DNA of 63,913 nucleotides, counting the filler, from Basidiobolus ranarum (lineage: Eukaryota), in assembly GCA_040143965.1 (NCBI GenBank). It is 3 parts of 3 records of this genome, joined end to end, with 100 filler letters (N's around TTAATTAATTAA, not from the genome) between each part and the next. Parts side by side here need not be neighbours in the genome. Positions count along the whole stretch, not along the records: positions 21,645 to 43,124 come from JASJQH010000203.1; 2 more parts are not named here. One strand, 5' to 3'. Shown piece by piece: positions 24,486-38,075 of this stretch. The first letter of the stretch is position 1, and every line of letters begins with the position of its first letter. The translations under genes were made by a program, and so were the position numbers. Below the pieces are notes generated by a model. That model made no database searches, was not told the DNA's origin, and worked only from the letters and a program-made list of their open reading frames with translations.

Positions 24486-25732
24486 TTACTGATTAGAGTT
24501 GAAAACCAAGGCATTAGGAGTTGTTCCTGTCAATCCGGTAAGCACATTCTTTGTTGCTCTGGAAACGAGAGCAGAGTATGCAGCTGCAGGCGTGTCAAGA
24601 CCACCTTGAGAGAAGTAAATTGCTGCAACTCCAGCAACATGAGCACTGGCCATACTTGATCCGGGGAGTACCTTGCTAGCTGATGGACCTCCAATCCAAG
24701 CTGACTTGATGTCCTGTCCAGGCGCAAATAACTTAATACACGGCCCATAGCTGCTTGAACTAGACACACTATCATTGGCAGTGCTAGCTCCGACAGCAAA
24801 TGCCAAAGCAGCATTGGCTGGAGAAGTGTTGCAGGCATCTTGATTCCCATTACCAGCTGCTACAATGAAAGTCACTCCAGCGTTGACTGCGGCATTGACA
24901 GCTTGCTTCAGTGCCTCACTATTGCCACCACCAAGTGACATATTTGCAATACTCTTGCGGCCACTGGCTATAGCCTGCTGTGCTACCCAGTTGATCCCGG
25001 AGATTACGGCCGAGGTAGTGCCACTGCCACTTCCGCTGAGTACCTTGACCCCGATAAGCTTCACCTTCTTGGCCACACCGTAACTGGTACCACCTATTAT
25101 TCCAGCAACGTGGGTTCCATGTCCATTAAGATCATCAGCAGCCTCACCATTGATAAAACTGATTGGAAGCGATGCTCTGCCCTGAAATTCTGAGTGATTG
25201 ACGTAGATTCCAGTGTCAATGACATATACATCTACTCCTTCACCAGCTGAATCTGGGTAATGGTATGGAGCACTGAGATTCGACGCACGTTGAGAGATTC
25301 TTGGGAGGCCCCAACTTGGTGGACTGAGCTGGATTCCAGAGGTGGTGAATACCTGCTCAGCCTCAACATACTCAATATTTTCATTGGCCTTGAGCTCGCT
25401 GACGAACGCTTCGCTGAATATACCAGTGTAAGCATTGAAATTTTTCAGAGAGAATTTGGTTTTGAGCTCATTTTTTATGGAATTAGTACCACTGCGTCCA
25501 CGGTTGTATTGGTCAAGTTTTGCTTTCAGGAATTGATTGACTACAACAGCGGTTAAAGATATGTTAGTGCTACTTTCTTCTAATCATCTAATGATATATC
25601 CTTACCCTCGTTAGAGTTAGCACTCTCTTTAATCTTGACAATATAGCGGTTAGCTATGTCAAGATTCTGAGCTTCTGTAATGGATATGGTTAGGAAAACT
25701 GCAAGCAGTGTAAAAGTTGGAAAATTGACCAT
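24486..25732 (-). CDS. Secreted subtilisin-like (S8, proteinase K type) serine protease with I9 propeptide
   Basis: Signal peptide MVNFPTFTLLAVFL, one intron (~25543-25605), catalytic motifs VYVIDTG, GHGTHVAG and GSSMASAHVAG, oxyanion AAGN. Exon 2 is open throughout. Confidence 0.93.
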
Positions 25733-26252
25733 ATTCGAGAAGTATATGGGAGAGATTTATATTTAAGACGGCATGACTGCTGGATTTTATACGTTGCAGA
25801 TAGCTCACAAACTTTCCCACCCTACAAACCTATACTTCACACTCAGCGTAAAGACATCATTCCTCTAGCCTACTTCAATTTCTTTATCTAGAGCCCTCTT
25901 TTCAAACAATAACTTGTAGTAGACTCGGTATGCTTCCTCTATATCCTGATGTTCGGGTCAATCATTTCTAAATTGGTTGAACACTCTCATAATCTTCCCA
26001 GGAAAGATAGCAGAACGAGTTTCAATAGAAATGTGAGTATTTTGGAAATCTCGATATTTCCTGTAAAGTGACTAACAAATAGGTTTAGCATTGCTGCAGT
26101 ATATATAAATATGGTATTCTGGTCTTCGTTAGTAATATTTACCATAGTTGTCGAATTCTATGACTAAGCGATTAATCCAATGTTTCATATCCGTACCTAT
26201 GATCAGAATCATAAAGCAATTAATTCAATGTTTCATATCGAACACTCACAAT

Positions 26253-26447
26253 GACACTTTGTGGTCCAACTTGTATACTCTCTATGACAAACTAAGCCCA
26301 GAGTTCAAGGCTTTCCTAGAAAAGCTCACAGCAATCCACAGCGGTGGTGTTTTCATCAAGCTTGCTGAACTTTCAGGTAAACCGCTGACAAGAGAGATCC
26401 CAACTCACACCGAGCATCCATTAGTCTGGACAAATCCAATGACGAAT
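26253..26447 (+). pseudogene. 195-bp inverted duplicate of an internal part of the adjacent TauD gene
   Basis: Reverse complement of 27436-27630 with about 7 mismatches, all near the ends. Encodes DTLWSN.Y.LYDKLSPEFKAFLEKLTAIHSGG...TEHPLV. Confidence 0.95.
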
Positions 26448-27090
26448 GTACGTTTTATCTAAGCAGTAATTCTACTCTTTAGCTTGAGTTATTCTAATAA
26501 ATTAATAATTAAGTTGATACTACGACAAAGTAAACCTTTTACAGCGCAAGTGATATTCACAAAGTTTGGGTTACTATTCAGTATAATATAAATGAATTCA
26601 ATCACTCAAAGCAATAAAGAGCAATATATTGCAGTTTGTTAGATCTTTTATAAAGTAATATACGCTGCATCAAAAACATAGCACTATCATAAGAGTACAT
26701 GATATCATGCAAGTGTTTGTTCACTCTGCACGCCTCTAATTTCAGGTGGACCATACATCTTCAAATAAATCGGCACTTCAACAAGCATAGAGTAACATTT
26801 CTAAGCGCTATTTCTCAATTAAAGAATATAACGGTATTTTACTTAGGCTATCTAACAATAGGATGGTTTTGTGATGATTAGAGTAAACATTGGTCAACCA
26901 CTAGTCCGCTTAGACTGACTATCGATATCATAATTCTGAACAAGATAGGGTTGGGGTTGGGGTTTCGATATGTTCATATATTATTTTGAAATATCAAGTT
27001 TCAAGTATTTATTGAGGTGAGATAATGCAAGTAGTTAATGATTTATTGAGATTAGAAATAGTTTACTCCGCGTTATATTCTTAAATGGAA

Positions 27091-28140
27091 CTATTGCGTA
27101 AGTTGATCCAACTTGAGCTTCTCTAACAAAGCTTCAATTTGAGGTGCTTTAACTTCGGCTTCAGTGGTACTATTAGGATTAAAATAGGGTCTCTCGCCTA
27201 CAACTGTGACACGCTCTCCATATCTGAGGTATGGATAGTAGTCAAAGGTGGCATTATGCTGGGTACTGCGATTATCCCAAATCGCTACTGAATTAGCAGT
27301 CCAGGTCCAGCGCACTTGTGCTTCGTGTGTGCGTTGAAGATGCTTGAACAGGAAATCAAGAATAACATCCGATTCTACTGGAGTGAGTTCTTTGATTGAT
27401 TTGGTGAAGACTGCATTGGCAAATAATCCTTTCTGATTGGTCAGTGGATTTGTGCGGACTAATGGATGCTCGGTGTGAGTTGGGATCTCTCTTGTCAGCG
27501 GTTTACCTGAAAGTTCAGCAAGCTTGATGAAAACACCACCGCTGTGGATTGCTGTGAGCTTTTCTAGGAAAGCCTTGAACTCTGGGCTTAGTTTGTCATA
27601 GAGAGCATATGAGTTGGACCACAAAGTGTCTCCCCCAGTTACCGGAACTTGTTTCAGCTGGAGGATGGAGAATGAGGCTGGACGCTCCTCAAATGAGATA
27701 TCAGTGTGCCAATATCCATTGCGATAGAGCCCATCCACGGAAGCATGGGTTTTTCCAGCTCCAGATGGGATCACAATTTCAGGATGGGAATCGGGAGTTG
27801 GAATGAATGGATGAATATGGAGCTCACCCAGTCGTCGACCAAAGGCCACTTCATCCTCCTGACTAAACTCCTGTCCACGGAAGAATACAACACCACGCTC
27901 AGCAGCTAGTGCTAAGAGATCCTCAAGTTGAGCGTCTGTCAGCTTGGCTAGTTGTAAGCCTTCAATTTCAGTCCCAATGGAGGAAGTCAGATCTGTACGT
28001 TTAGTTGCCACATCCAACAAGTTCTTATATTCTGGGTGAGCATTGAATCCTTGGATATATTTAGGGTTGCGATACTCGTTGAAAGAGCTGTTGGAGATAT
28101 TGTCGGTGGAAGTAGTGTTCTCTTGGTTAGTGACAGTCAT
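27091..28140 (-). CDS. TauD/JLP1-family alpha-ketoglutarate-dependent (sulfonate) dioxygenase
   Basis: IGTEIEGLQL, AERGVVFFRGQ, WHTDISFE (HxD), GGDTLW, HPLVRTNP, WDNRSTQH, RVTV. Intronless. Confidence 0.95.
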   Translation of the reverse strand: MTVTNQENTTSTDNISNSSFNEYRNPKYIQGFNAHPEYKNLLDVATKRTDLTSSIGTEIEGLQLAKLTDAQLEDLLALAAERGVVFFRGQEFSQEDEVAFGRRLGELHIHPFIPTPDSHPEIVIPSGAGKTHASVDGLYRNGYWHTDISFEERPASFSILQLKQVPVTGGDTLWSNSYALYDKLSPEFKAFLEKLTAIHSGGVFIKLAELSGKPLTREIPTHTEHPLVRTNPLTNQKGLFANAVFTKSIKELTPVESDVILDFLFKHLQRTHEAQVRWTWTANSVAIWDNRSTQHNATFDYYPYLRYGERVTVVGERPYFNPNSTTEAEVKAPQIEALLEKLKLDQLTQ

Positions 28141-28824
28141 AGTGCTTAAGAAGTAGATAGTAAAACTTGGTTGATAATGAGAAACTCAGCGTTAGTCCGT
28201 ATATATACTCGGCCATGGAATAATGCGGAGGGTGTCGCCATTATTCGAGATATTGTCACAATCGTACTCAACTGTCACATCATCGTCTTTCGTATACAAG
28301 ATTCAATTCAATCCGATTTTTAAGTTGCAGTAGTTTGTTGGTGCCTACAATGAATCTAGTGATATAATTGGCTTATTGGGGTTGGGTGCAATGCTAACCG
28401 GATACCACAATCTAGTTGTAGATATAATTAGGTGATCATCGAGGTGAATTAGGATATCATTACTGTGACCTGAAGAAACCTGATTTAGACACCTGATTTA
28501 TATTCTAGACTGGGATATGCATTTTATATACAATGTCGAAGATGCTATTGCAGTCACTGATAAACTAGCTAATGAAATGTTTAAACAGTTGGTTTATTTA
28601 TGATAAAATACTCTTCTAAAGTCATTGAACGTACAGTCAGTATAGGAGATAGTGTTCATAAAGGTGATATACTCTATATAGTATACACAAGAACTCCATC
28701 TAGTATATACGCTACTAAGATAGTTGCGAGAACACAGTTAATTCAAAAGATAGTTGTGGGAACGCAGCATGCTAACTATATGGAATGACATCGAGCTAAT
28801 GTACAACGATAAAGAAGTCTTTTT

Positions 28825-30001
28825 GTTATTGATCTCACATCAAAGGTAATGAAACCACAAGGAAAAAGCAAGTCAATGAAGTTTAGATGTATGATATACA
28901 CTGAGGGTGTATGTGTGTTGGTGTTAAAGCAAAACCACAATACAAAGAAGAAGGGTGGTAGTGATGCAAAATCAAAGTCTCTTGCTTCAAAAGAAGAGTT
29001 TCAGTATGAGAAGAGTTGAAGGCTGGTGTTGGCAAATGTGCGATAATTGATCCTGGATGTCACAATTTGCTATACTGTATGCACAAAGAAAGTACTGCTG
29101 AAAACAAAATGATTTACTGATATACAAGCAACCAAAAAGTAGTTGAAACAAAATACAGAAAATTTAGGAAGCTCAGAGAGAACTTTAAGACAGACCAAGT
29201 CATCACAGCTGAGTGATCCCTATCACATTTGAAATCTTCAACTGCCAACAAAGACAAGTTTGTCAGGTATCTTCAAGAAAAAGTCAAAGTCACTCCAGTC
29301 ATGAGAACATATTACTCAAATGAAGATCACCCTGCAGGAGAAGACTGGTGTACCAGCGGTTTGTTACCTTTTAGAAAAATGAAGCTCTCAAGTTTCATTA
29401 ACCAACTATAATCAGACAAACAGCTTGCCAAGAATCTTTGAGAGAAGTTTGGGAAGGATACTATATTAATACATGGTGACTGGTCAGCTGGGAAGGAAAG
29501 TATCATTTGCCCAATAGAGGCGTTGGAATGAGAAAAATGATAGCCAAAGAAGGCTTCCAGCTATACCTCCTTGACGAGTTTAAAATTTCAAGCCTGTGCT
29601 ACTTGCAAGAACAGTGAACTGCAAAAGTTTCAAAAAGCACAGAATCTTAGACCATACAAAAGAGAAAAGTATCCTATTGTGGCCTTTTAAAGTAAACGCT
29701 TTTTATATGCAAGTAAAAAATTCCAACCTAATTTCTGTTCATGTGCCAAAACCAACAGTGTTTAAAAGTTGTGGCCAATACTACTGAAGATTCTCCCTTT
29801 CATCTTTGGAATCGTGACCTGGCTGCTACTTTAAACTTTAGACATATCCTTTTTAACTTGCGCTCAAATGGGGAAAGACATGAAGGTTTTTGCAGATTGA
29901 ACGAGCCTCTCTCCACTGGGTATAAAAGAAAGGGTATCTCGTCAGCTAGCAGCCAACCAACGAAAAAAGCAAATAATCCTGTGTGGTTATCGCTACACTA
30001 A
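28825..30001 (+). pseudogene. Decayed Fanzor1 (TnpB-like RNA-guided RuvC nuclease) gene, 5'-truncated, with a spliceosomal intron
   Basis: Stitched translation: MIYTEGVCVLVLKQN, IIDPG (D at 29049), LLYCMH, PFRKMKLSSFIN, IHGDWSAG, RGVGMRKM, LYLLDEFKISSLC-TC (E at 29576), RPY, GLLK|CQNQQC, LWNRDLAATLNFRHIL (D at 29816). Several stops and frameshifts. Confidence 0.88.
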
Positions 30002-30270
30002 ACACAATCGATATACTAAACATTTGATACAAAGTAAGTTTCTTTTACCATTAGTCCTCACTTATCTCCAATTTATTTTATGAAATGTCTAATTGATTTT
30101 TTTAATTCATCTAGATTAAGCACTGTAGGAATTATGATCACAGGGGATGAGCTCAACTTTGATGCAATCATTCAGGAATTCGTTTAGAACGTATCACAAT
30201 TCGAGAACCAACTCATAGTAGTGCTTACATTAAAGAACTAAAAGACAGTGGCTCATTAAGGCTGTATAAT

Positions 30271-33729
<3,459 letters not shown>

Positions 33730-34028
33730 AGAGTGACTTTCACTCGCCTCTACAATGCTGTTCGTTTTGACCAAGAGAATTACCCAGCCACTTCCCAACC
33801 GATTGCCCACTCCTCTGCTACTATTTATTACGCAGCATTAGTAGTAGCATATACATATAGTTCTAATAAAGAACTTATTATATTATCCGGTTTCTAATTT
33901 CGCGTTTTTATAATCGTGAATCCTAATTAGGATTTGCTTACTTTGGGTAAAAAATATGATATTGAGGGATGCTTTTTTAGTAGTAATTTCCTTCTTTCCA
34001 TTACAAGTTGTTTCGTAGTGTAGAAAAC

Positions 34029-34784
34029 ATGCTCACTCAAGGGACATTTGATATCGAGCCAAAGCAAAGCTTTCACCCAAATCTATTAATACATTTCCCA
34101 ACCTCAGATTTAAGTACTCCTCATGCTCTTTGTAAATTAAATGTATTTTACGACCTTCCACGAGACATCATTTTAGATCCATATCAATTAAATGACTTGG
34201 AACCCTACTTGGGTAAAGCCAAAATATATGGGAAGGTGGAACTTGAGGTGCCTGTAAGTGAGATTTCCGAGAAAGAAGCTCCTTCTCTTCTTATCTCACC
34301 AGTAATAAGCACACAAGATGGACAAGAATTAGTTGAAATTAAAGTTCCAGTTCACATGAGATATCAGCTTCCAGCAAACATAGGTGAAGGAACTCACGAA
34401 AGTATAATGATTAAGGCACCATATGTATTCTGGAGTTGTCCTGAAGGTATCTTAGCCAAGTTTCTTTTTAACTAGAATGTTCTATCCTTTTGCTAGTTTA
34501 TTTAATCCTTTTTTTTAGGAGTCAAGTTGTCGGAGGCATATAACGTGGATGAACTTGCACCTTCTTTACTTCAAAAAGAATATCTTGAACCAACGAACAT
34601 ATATCCTATAACGTTGAGTAATCAAAATATAACACAAGAAATACTGATGCCTAAAGGACAACTAGAAAGCGAAGAACTAGTCCAGAATATCACTTTAGGA
34701 TGTATGATCCTAAGCTTTCTCTGGGTTGTATTCACTATAGTACGCAAGGCCATTCGCAATTTTCGTATCTCGAAAGAGGATTAG
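34029..34784 (+). CDS. PIG-X/Pbn1 GPI mannosyltransferase I subunit
   Basis: SFHPNL, LPRDIILDPYQL, ELEVPV, VPVHMRYQ, APYVFWSC, MPKG, C-terminal TM. One intron (~34447-34518). Start codon uncertain. Confidence 0.8.
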
Positions 34785-34982
34785 TTGACATTATAATTTA
34801 CAATATTCGTTCCCAAGCTGCAATTATTCAATCAATAATAAACTTTGATCATCATTTTCATCATACATATTATCATGTACACTTTACTAAAACCAAATTT
34901 AGTTGTAGTAAATCACAATTCAATAAATATCAAGCTTTGTTATTTATCTTAGATTTTCGCTTAGAACACGTTCATGTTGGAC

Positions 34983-35942
34983 ATGGCTTCTACACCGAGG
35001 AGATTAAAGGTGATTTGGAAACGTTGAAAATTCTTCCACTCTAAAGGTGCAGAGAGACTGTATCTGTAGATTTACTAAACTCAACTTATTTATCAGGGGT
35101 TATCCATTTCCAAGTCGATCGTCTATGGAACAATTGCAACCCCGATTTTTAGCAAAAAAGTTATAGAACCTGGCTCCCATACACATAACTGGGTAGTATC
35201 TGTACGGGGTTTAAATAACGAAGATATATCCCATTTCATCAAAAAAGTGAACTTTAAACTCCACGAGTCTTTTGCAAATCCCAATCGAGGTATGGATTGA
35301 AGCATTTTACTCAAATTAGCTATATAAATTCAATCAAGAAGTTCACACCTTTCATTCTAGTGGTCGAGAAGGCACCTTTTGAGGTGAGTGAGACTGGTTG
35401 GGGTGAGTTTGAGATAGTCATAAAGATCTACTTCAATAGTGTTAGTCATGAAAAACCCGTCACTTTATATCATCCCTTAAGACTTCATCCCTATGAAGAC
35501 CTCGACAAAGTAAAATCATCAGCAAAGAATCCGATTGTACAGTATTATCAGTATGAAGAGCTGGTACATACACAACATGTTAACTAGTTAATTGCGCCCA
35601 CTCCTTCAACTCACTTTAAATTTAGATATTTAACGAGCCAACCGAGGCTATGTACAAACTACTGACTGAAAATGGGCCATCCACCTTACCGCTCCGCCAA
35701 ACCGAGCATCATAAATTTAGTGAGTTACTACAGTGGGACCACCACCTTCAATTGACCTTCTGACAGTTTTATGAACACATTTAGGTGTTGAATATGAAAA
35801 GGAAGAGCTTGAGCGCTTAGTGGCCGTTCAAGAAGAAATCAAATTAGAAACGCAAAGTTATATAGACAGAATTCAAATACTAAATGAAGAACTGGCGAAA
35901 CATCGGAATCAATTGACAGCCCTGGAAGAGGCAAAGAAATGA
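34983..35942 (+). CDS. YAF9: YEATS-domain protein Yaf9/GAS41
   Basis: [55 protein letters not shown]-terminal coiled coil. Five exons. Confidence 0.93.
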
Positions 35943-36004
35943 TAATAAATTGGTTTATTTCACGCGCCAGGAATCCCGATATTACATGTCTTTCACAATT
36001 CATA

Positions 36005-37710
36005 TCATTTATGCACATTTACCGAGCGCTTGAACATGCGGACGATCTCGTCTTCCTGCTCGCCTGATTGTGACTGCGTGTTAGCGTTATTGTTCGCTTC
36101 TTCTTCATCTTCTATTTCCTCCTCTTCCTCGCTCTCCTCATCTTCATCTTCTGTTTCCTCCTCTTCTTCGCTTTCCTCCTCCTCCTCGCTGCTTTCCTCT
36201 ACTTCGCGTCTGGATACAATAGGTCAGTGACTGTCTCAATACGATATAAAACAGGGAGGCTACTAACCTAGAGCTATGATTTGGATTTTCGAAAAGAAGA
36301 TCATCGACATCCGCCTCATCTATAAGACAAATGATGAACAACAGGCTCAACAAATTCAACCACTCCATTTCACGATTCCATACCTCTTTTACGTTGATGA
36401 TCCTCTTCGATACTAGCCAACCATTCGTTTTGTACTCTTACGATATCTGCTGAGTCTTTGCATGCCGCGTATTTCTTGAGGATTTCCCTGATGGTTGTTA
36501 AATGAAAAGAAATTCAATAAAATCATCGACAGTTGTGGAGGCGTGTGTGCGAGTGTGAAGCTTACTCATTAACTTCTTTAAAACCATGGCCCCATTTAAA
36601 TTTGCTCATGACTTCGTCTCCATATTCATCCATGCCTATTTGAGTCACCAGTTAATCTAACTGAATGAATGCATATGCTGAAGATAAACATACCACAGAT
36701 GTAGAAGCAAGCAGCATAAGCTTCCGCACAATTTAATCTGTATGGTTTTCCATAATTGACGGGATTAGCAGCCACCAAGAATGGTACTGAAAGAGTATAG
36801 AGTGAGATTAGAAACTGGGAGCGTAGAGAGAGAATCTATTAGAGTAAAATAACCACTTACAAAGTCTATTATGTTTAGCACGTAATCTATTGAGGGGTAC
36901 TTCGTCTAATTTAGCCCATGAGCATTCAACTACTGCAATACCATTTTCAAGGATGATATCTTTATCCTCAGGAGAGACTGCCTGCTTTCCACTTGGACTG
37001 AAAGGAGTTCGACAATATAAATACTAATTGGTTCCATGGTAAGGTATAATTCGTCTTTTACCTGAGTACAACTCCACGAAAACCCTGAGTGACTTTCAGA
37101 GATCTGACCATACCCAATCTTTCCAACCTCTTACCAGAGCAACGTTTAGGATCACATTGTTCGAAATCCTGTTGAAAAAGGTAACTAACGTGTTAAACAG
37201 CCGTAAAACAAGGAGACCAAGTCAAATGGATAAACTTGCCCACATAGCAAGAGGAATCGGGATCTTTCTTGCGCCATTTTCTTTAAAACCCAAGATAAGA
37301 AAATCAAATGGATCAGTAAGTGTAGAAAGATGGACTGAAAACTCTCTAACCAAAGTAAAACTTTAAAATCACCTTTTGGGGTATCATTTAAGTCAGCAGC
37401 ATTCTCCACTACCTCACGAACTCTATTAAGAGAGTGAAAAAAGGTGGGTTAAATAAACCTTGTCAAAATATGGAGTATTGATAGGTCTCCTTCAACTTTT
37501 ACTTTGATATTCATTAAGAAAAAGTATTTTGAGCAAAGATTCGAACTAGGTTCTTTTTACTTTTGAAAGAAGTCTATCAAACTAAAGGGAATAAATATAA
37601 AACCTGTTCCCACGTTCGTATTTTTCATTTCTACCTTTGGAGGTTTTTTTAGCTGGTTTATGGTGGTGTTTACCGTTACCACCACCGTCTTCGTTTCCCT
37701 TTCTACCCAT
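36005..37710 (-). CDS. TSR3: 18S rRNA aminocarboxypropyltransferase Tsr3 (many short exons, missed by the ORF track)
   Basis: Manual translation: [64 protein letters not shown], acidic C-terminus. Confidence 0.93.
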
Positions 37711-38075
37711 GAATACTGTTTGTTAAAGAAGAACGAAGTCTAAAACTTCAATGGATATTATAATAATCTAGATTTTTGTTAAGATAAATCCTCGGGAATG
37801 TTTCCTTTTTTTTTCCTAATAGTGAGGACTCTGGTTCGAGAAGGTAAATATTGGATTTCTTTGGCCAAGGGAATCTCTTCCATGGAAAAATTCCATTAAT
37901 TTCCATGATTTCCGACACAAATGGGATATTTAAATTTGAATGTAAAAGAACTGTCCGATTTTACAACTGATTGTTTATAGTACTTTAGTGAACAAAACTA
38001 TCTTTATTCTTTAAGCCGAAGATGGAGCATTTGGTACAAGAGAGATGACAATTGGGGGGGGGGAAGAATTGATGT

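Noticed and set aside
26148-26462. 104-aa ORF as a functional chimeric gene
   Set aside because: TTG start, N-terminus made of a local repeat, and the TauD-derived part lacks all iron ligands.
27091-28140. Intronless TauD (and DPP5, TKL1) as bacterial horizontal transfers
   Set aside because: The motifs look like ordinary fungal family members, and clearly eukaryotic genes here (STE12, CSL, SPF30) are also intronless. A phylogeny would be needed.
28897-28912. TA-CACTGAGGGTGTAT resembling a Tc1/mariner TIR start
   Set aside because: It lies inside Fanzor coding sequence (IYTEGV, from the TDGV motif), and no matching inverted copy was found.
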